Source: Mytilus californianus (Eukaryota). Taken from it: a stretch of DNA of 64,000 nt. Of the stretch, positions 1 through 9,770 are shown piece after piece (the stretch's first letter is position 1; each line of letters begins with the position of its first letter). The stretch lies in NCBI RefSeq assembly GCF_021869535.1, contig NW_026262723.1, positions 51,770,001 to 51,834,000 of the forward strand. The letters run 5' to 3'. Position numbers and translations under genes: made by a program. The notes below the pieces were generated by a model. The model saw only the letters and a program-made list of their open reading frames with translations. It had not been told where the DNA came from and did not search any database.

Positions 1-540
1 TAGCAACAGTTGGTAAGTTATAAACTTCAGCTGGGCTATATGACTTATGTTTTGACTCTGGAATTTATTCTCGAATACAGTAAACAGATTGTGGTGTTAC
101 AGAATTAACACTGCCGTATGAGGCTCTCGTGGTTCCTTTAATTAAAGCATTATTCAATAGATTCAGAGACATAAACTGTATAAAAAGTATTGCACCAAAC
201 GTGTGGAAGGCGTTCCTTGACTGTCATAGCTCATTTTTTGTCTCACCAAAAAACACGGAAGGCATTGAAAATCTCTTTATTGTTTTTAACGATAACATAT
301 TTGTTTGAAGAATTGAGAACACAAACCGGTTTTCTTCGAGGGACTTTTTTCATCAGACATCCTTCAATGCATTATTTTAACATGCCAGGGTAAAGAGCTT
401 GAAATAAAAGTTGAGTATATATATGCTACACACAGAATTTAACTTGTAAAAGTATTTCATTATGTAGAGGGTCTGCGGGATTTAGGAATCATTTTACTCA
501 ACAAGCGATTTCTGAAGAAGACGACGATGAAAACGATTAA
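1..540 (+). CDS. Candidate 3' end of an unidentified spliced gene (exons ..12, 88-186, 311-389, 468-540)
   Basis: GTAAGT donor at 13, AG acceptors at 86-87, 309-310 and 466-467, and GT donors at 187 and 390 give phase-compatible joins. The reading is ...ATVDCGVTELTLPYEALVVPLIKALFNRFRDINCIKKLRTQTGFLRGTFFIRHPSMHYFNMPGGSAGFRNHFTQQAISEEDDDEND* (TAA 538-540). The donor at 187 is weak and no homolog was recognised. Confidence 0.35.
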
Positions 541-1831
541 AAAATTGTGCATTTTTATAGGCATGTAGGGTGGTACATTAAAATTGAAATTGTGTTGGCT
601 TGGTCACTCCACTATTGATGGAGTAAGTATAAATAGTCTTAACAGCCTTCCAATCAAAACAAAAACACAACATACATGTGCTTTAAATGTCTCTTCCATT
701 GTATCATGTGACTTTACACATTTAAATATTAAAATAACCTTAACTGACCGGTAAACAAAATTGAATTTCAGTTAAGTTTGTTGTCATGAGATTGTTTAAA
801 TGTCTCATCAAATAACAAAGTATTCTCCATTGTCCAATTTCTATTAGAACAGTACATTATAGGCAAATAAGATCAAAATGAATACAGTATTTTCATTTAG
901 ATTAATACCTTCATATGCTATCAAAATACAATAATTTTATTTTCAGCCATAAAGGTCTTAATCATTGTTATTTCAAAAATTTGTATTTTTCTTATTTTCC
1001 CCAAAATTATTTTTATGCTTTGCTGGTCAGCAGGTGTGCACTTTACAACGAAGGAAATGTTTATTCCGTATGTATTTCTTGATAAAAGATTTCAGGGCCT
1101 CTTTGTTTTGTTGTGAAAGCGACCATGCTAAAAGCATGAAAAGCTTGCTTATAGTCTTATAGAGTATAGAAATATTTATTAAATCAAATAAAGGCAAAAG
1201 ATGTTTCTAAACATTCTTTCAAGGAAACAAAAACATAAAAAAATCTTGTAACAATAACTTTAATTTCCGAAATCATCTTCGAATATATGTTTGTTAACTC
1301 ATAAATTGATTTAAAATCAATAAAGAAAAAGATGAGCATTTTTATAGGTGTCCTTTAATATTTAAATATGCAAAGTCACATGGTACAATGAAACAGACAT
1401 TTTAAGCACATGTATGTTGTTTTTGTTTTGATTGGAAGGCTGTTATTTATATATACTTACTGTTACTCCATCAAGTACTTCCTAAACTAATGAAATTAAC
1501 ACAGAGACCCTAACAGGTAACTTTTTAAATTATAGACCAAAAATTATGAAATTAATAGTCGGAGTTCATAATATGGACATACATCAAGAAAATAAAATAA
1601 TGATTTGAAAAAGTGGATTTTTAAGAATTTTTTCCTGCAAATATATAGAAGTCAAACGGACAATGGTAAGGGATTATCCAATTGTTTAGGTCTACTTACA
1701 GTTCAAAACAAACAAAATCTATAAATGTGTTATAACTGCCACGAAGCACGTTTATCAGCTTGAAAGGACGAATGATTGAAACTGAATAAAAGATGAAAGT
1801 TGAATTTCGAAACAAACAAAAAAATCAAACA

Positions 1832-3434
1832 ATAGTAGATATACGTATACAAAATTTTAAAGAACATTTTACACTTAACAACAACCATAAAAATCCTATT
1901 TCTCGTATCAAACATAAACTAAAAGAACTAGCCAAGGAATTTGTTTTTGTCCCGGCTGATAAAGCTGCTAATAATATCATTATAGTTTGAGGTAAATTTT
2001 ACATTGAGGTTCTGCAAAAGGAAATCACGAATTCACCAAACATTCCAACTGACTTCATTTTCAGAAAACGATATCTGTAACAAACATAAACTATTAGCTA
2101 CTTCTTTACAAGCAGAACCAAATACAATGAAAGTCCGAACTATGTACTGGCTTCCGAAGCTACACAAATCACCTTACAAATATAGATTTATTTCGTCTTC
2201 AAGTCATTGTTCCACTAATAAATTGTCTATTCTACTTACTAGTACACTTGGTACAATAAAAAACCTGATAATAAATTGTTCAAATAAGGCCTTTGAAAAT
2301 AGTGGAATTAATTACTTTTGGAGTGTCAAAAACTCATTGGAAGTACTTGATAAATTACATGCATATATTGGTGATTTTGAATCTGTTCAAAGTTTTGATT
2401 TTTCTACCCTATATACCACTTTGCCTCATATTCTTATTAAGAAACAATTCACACACCTAATTAAATGGGCATTTAAAAAGTCGGAATGCGAATACATATG
2501 TTCAAACTCTTTTAGGTCATTTTTTAGTAGCAACAAACAAAAGAACTATGTCAATTGGACATGCTTTGATACTATATCTGCCCTTGAATTTTTACTTGAT
2601 AACATTTTTGTTCGCTTTGGAGATTCCGTATATCGTCAAGTTATCGGAATTCCAATGGGGACTAACTGTGCACCACTTATTGCGGACCTGTTTTTGTATT
2701 GTTATGAGTTACAATTTATGACTAAAATCAGCAAAGACCCATCGAAACAACATCTGATACAAAAATTTAACAATACTTTTAGATATTTGGATGATATATT
2801 GGCTCTCCATAATGACGACTTCAGTATGTATACTAAAGAAATTTATCCTGTTGAACTTACTTTAAATAAAGCTTATACTAAAAATGACCACTGTCCTTTC
2901 CTCAATCTTGATATCTATATCATTAACGGGAAGCTTAATACAAAAATTTATGATAAAAGAGATGATTTTTCATTTCCTATCGTTAATTATCCATTTTTAG
3001 ATGGTGACGTTCCCTTGTCACCATCTTATGGTGTTTATATATCTCAACTTGTACGATTCGCTCGTGTATGTAACAACGTATTAGATTTTAGCGAGAGAAA
3101 TTTATGTATTACTGAAAAATTATTACACTAGGGTTTTCGATATCATAAACTAGTCAAAACATTTACTAAATTTTATCATCGGTACAAGGACATCATTCGT
3201 AAATATAACTCAACATGCAGACATCTTATACATTCGGGTATTTCACATCCAATCTTTTATGGTAATATTCTTTACAAAGCACAAAAATGTCAGTATTCAC
3301 CTCAAAAGCTAACAAAACCTTTAAACAGACTTATTAAGAAGGGATATAGTTACGATACTGTTGTCAGGTCATTAAAGATTGCATATTTTGGCTTTAATAT
3401 TGATTCACTTATATGGTCTTTGCATCGGAATTAA
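1832..3434 (+). pseudogene. Disrupted PLE reverse transcriptase ORF (putative selenoprotein)
   Basis: In-frame TGA at 1988-1990 (NNIIIV-TGA-GKFYIEVL), a +1 frameshift near 2040 (tcaccaAacattcc) and a TAG at 3129-3131 (probably CAG>TAG). The frame continues GFRYHKLVKTF...LIWSLHRN to TAA at 3432-3434. Confidence 0.85.
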
Positions 3435-3485
3435 ACACATTTATTCTAAAACCAGTTGTTGGCATGACACGGGTTATGTTCTTCT

Positions 3486-3550
3486 CATATATTTTATGAC
3501 GGTATAATACTAAACCCCTAACAGGAGGGATTGTGCCTGATATTCATATG
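3486..3550 (+). promoter_or_regulatory. SECIS element (eukaryotic form 2)
   Basis: ATGA core at 3496-3499 and helix II GGTATAAT (3501-3508)/ATTGTGCC (3530-3537). Unpaired AAA at 3512-3514, apical mini-helix CCCCT/AGGAGGG, 3' core TGAT at 3538-3541, and helix I CATAT (3486-3490)/ATATG (3546-3550). It starts about 50 nt after the RT stop codon. Confidence 0.8.
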
Positions 3551-3746
3551 ATGAAGACATAATCTTTCAATCAGTTTAATTGAGGTCTGGAGCTGGCATG
3601 TCAGTAACTGCTAGTAGTCTGTTGTTATTCATGTATTATTGTCATTTTGTTTATTTTCTTTTGTTTCCTATTCTGACATCGGACTCGGACTTCTCTTATA
3701 CTGAGTTTTACTGTGCGTACTGTTGTGCGTTTGTTTTTACTACATT

Positions 3747-3839
3747 GGCTAGAGGTATAGGGGGAGGGTTGAGATCTAAAAAAAACATGTTTAACCCCGC
3801 CGCATTTTTGCGCCTGTCCCAAGTCAGGAGCCTCTGGCC
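3747..3839 (+). ncRNA. Putative twister ribozyme, P5-type circular permutation
   Basis: P5 GGCTAGAGGT (3747-3756)/GCCTCTGGCC (3830-3839); P2 GGGG (3760-3763)/CCCC (3795-3798); conserved G-A-GGG (3764-3768); U-A-A (3792-3794); GCC (3799-3801); P3 GCA-TTTT-TGC closed by C3801-G3812; P4 CCTG/CAGG with loop TCCCAAGT; T1 CCC/GGG; T2 G3799-U3824 and C3800-G3823. P1 is not Watson-Crick paired. Confidence 0.75.
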
Positions 3840-4576
3840 TTTGTTAGTCTTGTATCATTTTTAATTTCAGTTTCCTGTGTATAATTTGGAGTTTAGTATG
3901 ACGACCATTATCACTGAACTAGTATACATATTTGTTTAGGGGCCAGCTGAAGGACGCCTCCGGGTGCGGGAGTTTCTCGCTGCATTGAAGACCCATTGTG
4001 GCCTTCGGCTGTTGTCTGCTCTATGGTCGGGTCGTTGTCTCTTTGACACATTCCCCATTTCCATTCTCAATTTTAAGTTCGATGTTTACCATTGCAGTAA
4101 GATTGATAATTAATGTTACTATGTGAATATCTATAGCAGCTTCAGAATGATAAAAAAACAAATTCAAATTCAATATAACCTAAAGGCTTTAGCTAATACG
4201 CTTACAAAACAAACGTTTGAATTTCACATATAATTCATTTTATTTGAACATTTAAATTTTAGTTAATTGTAAAGAGCTAGAATAAAATATTGGCTGTGAG
4301 ATAAAATTTAGTTGTAACTCAGATTTTGAATTTATTAATTTGAATCGTAAATAAACAAACTGAAGACAATTCCTCACTTAATTATTACATTATTTACACT
4401 CATACTCATAATAAGGAAATTTATACACTTTTTAACCATTTCATCTACTGTTGTGTCAACTAATGTCTAGTACACAATTTATTAAAATTTCTAAAAAAAA
4501 AAATCAGTCCTCACATAATAAGACTAATCCATAAATTAAATGCCTAAAAAGGAAGTCATCCATTAACTATAAACAT

Positions 4577-4744
4577 CAGTGGCGGATCCAAGGGGGGGGG
4601 GGGGGGGGGGGGGGTCCGTGGGCTGGAACCCCCCCTTTTTTTGGACGATCAATGCATTTGAACAGGGACATATAGTTGGAACCCCCCTTTATCCTGGGTT
4701 AGGACCCCCCCCCCCCCTTTTATAAATGGCTGGATCCGCCCCTG
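4577..4744. mobile_element. MITE with CAGTGGCGGATCCA/TGGATCCGCCCCTG termini and 5-bp TSD
   Basis: Imperfect 14-bp TIR, AACAT duplicated at 4572-4576 and 4745-4749, and internal poly-G and poly-C tracts. Confidence 0.8.
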
Positions 4745-5346
4745 AACATTGCACTGACAATCTGAGACTACTATACTGTGTTAACGTAGTCTCAGTGACA
4801 ATGAAACGAATTCTTGATCAAACACCAATCAAGAGATCATTTGAGCCTTGAGCACTTTACAATATTCTAAATTTATAAGATAATGATAATTCTTTTATTC
4901 ATGATAAGTACTCGCTAACGCTTGTACTTGGATTATCATTCTCTTGCATATATATATACAAAAAAAAAAGAAAAGATGACTGACAATTTATCACCTGACT
5001 TTCGATCAGATTGAATAAAAAAGCAACAGTATTACGTCACCTATCTCTTACCTGAATCAGATAATATAATTATTTTATATGTGTCTGTTCAATTATATAT
5101 CTCTGTTTGAATAAATTAATAAATGATTAGTCTATTGTGGTTTTAATCATCGACGTTGTATCATTGCATGAATTGTTTATGACCTTCGACTGAAAAATGC
5201 AAGCTGTGTTTACCAACGGCATATGTGGTTACAAGTCAAAAGCAACCTTGTTCTTATGAAACATCTCTGTCTGAGGTTAGTGGAGCCTCAACCCTGCCAA
5301 ATTTCTAAATGTCCCAAGTCTGTATTAAGGTCAAGGAACAGTAAAC

Positions 5347-6320
5347 GGGCTATGTCACAGATTTTGCTAAAATTTTGCACACAACCTTGATTCGTTAAAC
5401 TATAAATGATCATAAATGAAAATTGGAAAAATAATGCGTTTATCTCTTTTATTATCTGAAATTTTACTGATTGAATTCTTTCAATATAGGTGATCATTTG
5501 TATAGAAAGCACATAAAATCGACAAAAAAAAACTTCTTACAGTTTTAAAATCATTAAATACATAGATTTTTCTTATAAAACTATATGTTGTTGATACATA
5601 AATTTTCGTTTTAATGATATGAAATAATCATATGGTCACCGACTTTGTTTTTTTTTTGTGTCTAATAATCAATACGTATCTGTTACCTATTTGGTAGTGA
5701 AAAACGTCAAAATTATCGTTTTACGGCCTGCAACGCGATGCATGACGTTACGATTTTTTCACACAGAACACCACTTTGAATAAACGAAGTCGGTGACTCT
5801 ATCATTATTTTACATCATCAAAAAGGAAATTTTATATGTATAAACAACATATAGTTTCAATTCTTCATTATATATTAATTATTTTGAATTTAGCTAAATC
5901 TTTTTCATTATTTTGTTTGAAATCCGTGATAAAAGAAATACGTTTTATGATTTTGAAAGTGAATTATGTCGGGTGTATTTTATTGTTTATGTAATATATC
6001 TGTATTTTGTTAAACTGTTATTATACATGTCACTATAATAAAAAAAAATACTTACTTACTTGCTTACTATAGTTTTTCCATAAAAATCTATGTATTAGAA
6101 GTTAGAGATTTGATGATTTTAAGACAAATTTCAGAATTTTTTTCGCCGATTTTATGTGCTTTGTACACAAATGTTCACCTATCTTGAAAGAATTCAATCA
6201 GTAAAATTTCAGATAATAAAAGAGACAAATGCTTTACTTTTACAATTTACTGTTATAGTTCAATGAGCCAAAGCTGTATCATCCCCCCGGCCAAATTTTA
6301 GCAAATCTGTGACATAGCCC
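5347..6320. mobile_element. Non-autonomous TIR DNA transposon (~975 bp)
   Basis: GGGCTATGTCACAGATTTTGCTAAAATTT at 5347 and the near-perfect reverse complement AAATTTTAGCAAATCTGTGACATAGCCC ending at 6320. Internal IR TCACCGACTTTGTT/AAACGAAGTCGGTGA. No clear TSD. Confidence 0.7.
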
Positions 6321-6708
6321 ATTAATGTAATTTGACCTTAAGTGGTTGCTGTTGGTTGCCGTCTATATCTTTTAATTTCCTGTAGAAAACAATTTTGATT
6401 GATATTTTGCTCGTTCCATGTAAGTCATGATTCATAGTTGCATTAATATAAGATACACAATGATGCACAAACATAACATTTTACACTAAATTGTTATTAC
6501 TGATGAATGGGAGATAACTCAGGATAAATATAGCACAACATTTCTTGTCTTGAAAGTTTTGATATAAGAGTAAATGAGGTATAATATACCGTATATGGAA
6601 GATATCATTATTCCTTACAGTTAATAGATTATACTGTGATAATCATCATGATATCTTGCTATGTAAAAGATTTTACGTGTTTTACAGTATTGTAAAAGTT
6701 ACATACAT

Positions 6709-6965
6709 ATAAAAATAAGGAAATGTGGTATGATTGCCAATGAGACAACTACCCACCAAAGTTCAAATGATGTGAATGTAAGCAATTATAGGCAACCATA
6801 CGGCCCTCAGCAATGAGAAAAACCCATACCGTAAAGTCGACTATAAAAGGCCCCAACATGAAAAATATGAAACAATTCAAGTGAGAAAACTCTGGCTAAC
6901 GGCCTGACCTAATCTGTAACAAAACAATTTACGAAAAACAAGTATGACACAGGTGAACCAACGAC
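6709..6965 (-). mobile_element. Short PLE-type 3'-end derivative (SINE-like)
   Basis: The reverse complement carries the same GTTGTCTCATTGGCAATCATACCACAT terminus as the copies at 16020, 16882 and 62560. Confidence 0.7.
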
Positions 6966-6967
6966 GA

Positions 6968-7030
6968 ATGTAGGACAGAAAGTCACAGGACAAAGGTCAC
7001 AGACAAAAGTCACAGGAAAAAAAGTCACAA
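6968..7030. repeat. Short (G)GACAAAAAGTCACA-type tandem repeat, probable DNA-transposon subterminal array
   Basis: About four degenerate ~15-bp units. Confidence 0.5.
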
Positions 7031-7371
7031 CTCAGTTTTGACATTATTTTTCTTAGAATAAGAAAACACTAATATTTTTAAATGTATTGTTTGTAATTTC
7101 TTGAACTTTTATATATAAAGCAATTTTGTAAACAAAGTTTATTAAAAAAAAAAATCAATAATGATCTAATAATTATTAAAAAAAAAACAATTTGTCGAAG
7201 TGGCTTGGTTCTTAATTGGCTTCATGGTTCCTAGAAATATATCCTTAGCATGATTTAAATTTCATAAATCTTGATTTATCAAGGCTTGTGAACAATTTCC
7301 TTAAAAGTAAAATGAATATATGTAATAAAAAGCAATTATTTCAAGATACTTCTCTCAGTATATATTCAAAC

Positions 7372-7529
7372 CAGAGGCGGATTTAGGGGGGGCAGGGTGC
7401 CCGCCCCCCTTTTTGTGGGAAAAAATTGGTTGATTATTTAGGGACCACTGAAGCATGACTGGAGCGGGCCCCCTCATATGGCAGTCAGTTGCCCCTCCCC
7501 CCCCCCTTTATGACAATTTCTAGATCCGC
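7372..7529. mobile_element. MITE of the CAGRGGCGGAT family (right end decayed)
   Basis: CAGAGGCGGATTTAGG...CTAGATCCGC, with G and C tracts as in 4577-4744. Confidence 0.6.
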
Positions 7530-8344
7530 AGAAATCGACATTATAGATTTTACAGATAAAAGTCTTATAGAAAAATTACATTTGGAATTTTGTAAATTTG
7601 TACTTGGAACCAGAAAGAATGCTTTCAGTTTAGCAGTATGATGAATAATTCAAGGAGATTCTGATCATTAGAACATTATAATAAACAATCTATAATATAT
7701 TTAAAAAGATTTATAAATAAGCTTAACCCAATTTTACAAGAAGCGTATGAGTCAAGTCTGATGGAATATACACTTCGTATACATTTGCCGACAGTATTGT
7801 TTAAATGAAATTAATTTTGATACTAAACAGCTACAACAAAATATAGACGAACAAAATCATTTAAATAATAGGTTCAACAAAATTATAAACAGCTTTATGA
7901 CAGATTAATCTTTAAAATTACTAAATTAGAAAAAACGATGAAGAAAGTGAATGGTTTTTATATAGCAGACTTTAACAAAATTTAAGGGTAGAATATTTTT
8001 TAACTACACAAAATTTTATATGTAGAAAACTGATCACTAAACTCAGAATTAGTGATCACAACTTAGAAATACATCTAGGGGAGACATTCAAATGTTTTAA
8101 TTCACTAGAACCTGAAATGCATGTTTTATTGCATTTTAGATTTAACAGCTTTTTATTGCAGTTAAAAATTAGCGAAGAACTAAGAGATATTTATTTTACC
8201 GTAACTTTAAGTAAACATGAATTTCATTGAGTTATCAGAAAATCAAATGAAAAAAAAAATATGTATTAAATTCATCAACTCTATCTTGAATAAATCAACT
8301 TGGTTCCTATATAAAAAAAAAGCCATTAAAACTTCTTCTTAACG

Positions 8345-9436
8345 ATGGTAAGCCGTTCTCGTCAAAACTATGTTTAAACCATTTTTGAAAAATTTACACA
8401 CTGAGAATTAAAAAAAAAACACAGAGATTACAAAAAATGAAAAACAAACACTGAAAATTGAAAATTACACAATGAGATTTCAAAAAGACACACTGAGATG
8501 AAATAAACTCAAAAACACACTGAGAATTTGAAATTACACACTGAGAATTTAGAATTACACACTGAGATTTGTGCGCACTTTTTTGCGCACATATCTAATT
8601 AGCATACTTAATCTGAATCTATTACAAGCTTAAAACAACTAGGGGACAGAACTCGTTAGTCCTTCAATTTGGCGCTAAATGTTTTATAAAAAACATTAAA
8701 AATACAATGTATAGAAAAACTGCGTTATTAAAGATCAATAGAAAAAGAAAAATACCCATTAATTTACTCTAGAGCTGCAAGAATACAAACAATGCAGAGA
8801 TTTTTCCCCCCAAGTGCCTATTAAAGCATATATAGGTAACAAAAATGTAAAAGATTACCTTATGAAATCAGGGTAACAGTTGAAAGACTTTTGAAAAGGG
8901 ATCATGCTTAAACAGTTTTAAGCAAAAAATCCCGATATACGGTTAGTAATAATCTGAATTATAGGCAACAAACTTATGAATATGAGTTAGCAATAAAAGT
9001 TGTTAAGTCTCGAAATTTATTACGAATGTTAGTTGTAGGAACTGCATTTCATTATGACAAGAGTCCGGGAGACCAAGATATTAATCTGTTGAATTATTCA
9101 TCTCATGAATATTCATTAGTAATTTGCATATTAATCTCAGTGTGTATTTTTGAAATCTCATTGTGTAATTTTAAAACAATTCTCAGAGTGTGTTTTTCAA
9201 TTTATTTCATCTCAATGGGTTTTTTAAAAATATCAGTGTGTAATTTTAAATTCTAAGTGTGTGTTTTTCAATTTTTTAAATCTCAGTGTGTAATTTTAAA
9301 ATCTCAGTGTGTAATTCCGATTTCTCAGTGTGTTATTTTAGGTTCTTAAATCTCAGTGTGATTTTTTTAATTCTCAGTGTGTAATTTTTTCGAAAAAATG
9401 GTTTAAACATAGTTTTGACGAGAACGGCTTGCCATA
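8345..9436. mobile_element. Foldback-type TIR element with subterminal tandem arrays
   Basis: ~40-bp TIR ATGGTAAGCCGTTCTCGTCAAAACTATGTTTAAACCATTTTT and its inverse ending at 9435. Inverted arrays of (A)CACACTGAGAATT units lie on both arms. CTTAACG is duplicated at 8338-8344 and 9437-9443. Confidence 0.85.
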
Positions 9437-9647
9437 CTTAACGGTCTCCTCAACAAATCTGGTGGTCTTCTGTAGGGCATCCACTGGTCCATATTATAGC
9501 TTCTCTTTGAGTAGTGTTAGTGAATGCCATATCTTATCTCTCAATGCCTGATGGATCTTGCATGACTGTAAGAGGTGTGCAGTATCCTGCTCTGCTTCTC
9601 CACAAGGACAAATTGGAGATTAAACAACTTTCATGACTTTGTATAAT
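9437..9647 (-). pseudogene. 3' fragment of a non-LTR retrotransposon (C-terminal CCHC zinc-knuckle)
   Basis: The minus strand reads SPICPCGEAEQDTAHLLQSCKIHQALRDKIWHSLTLLKEKL*YGPVDALQKTTRFVEET, a C-x-C...H...C motif typical of LINE ORF2 C-termini. An (AAG)n-like tail continues at ~8331-8340 beyond the foldback insertion. Confidence 0.75.
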
Positions 9648-9770
9648 TCAACAGATTAATATCTTGGTCTCCCGGACTCTTGTCATAATGAAATGCAGTT
9701 CCTACAAGATTTTACTCGAATTTTTTAATTCCTTATAGAATACATGCAAGACATTAAGTCATTTTATTGG

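Larger units (their letters stand above)
1830..4075 (+). mobile_element. Penelope-like retroelement (Naiad-type RT), 5'-truncated, with a long structured 3' UTR/pLTR
   Basis: RT motifs PADKAANN, YWLPKLHK, SFDFSTLYT, GIPMGTNCAPLIADLFL, RYLDD and YDKRDDF. No C-terminal GIY-YIG follows the RT, consistent with the N-terminal-EN Naiad layout and loss of the 5' part. The 5' boundary is approximate. Confidence 0.88.

Noticed and set aside
3580-3864. ORFs 3580-3864 (+) and 3625-3822 (-)
   Set aside because: They overlap the structured 3' UTR of the retroelement and show low-complexity, U-rich composition.
3940-4012. HDV/CPEB3-like ribozyme (GGGGCC-CAGCTGAAG...CTTCGGCTG)
   Set aside because: The P2-like pairing is present, but there is no P1 3' strand after the P3-like hairpin, so the nested double pseudoknot cannot form.
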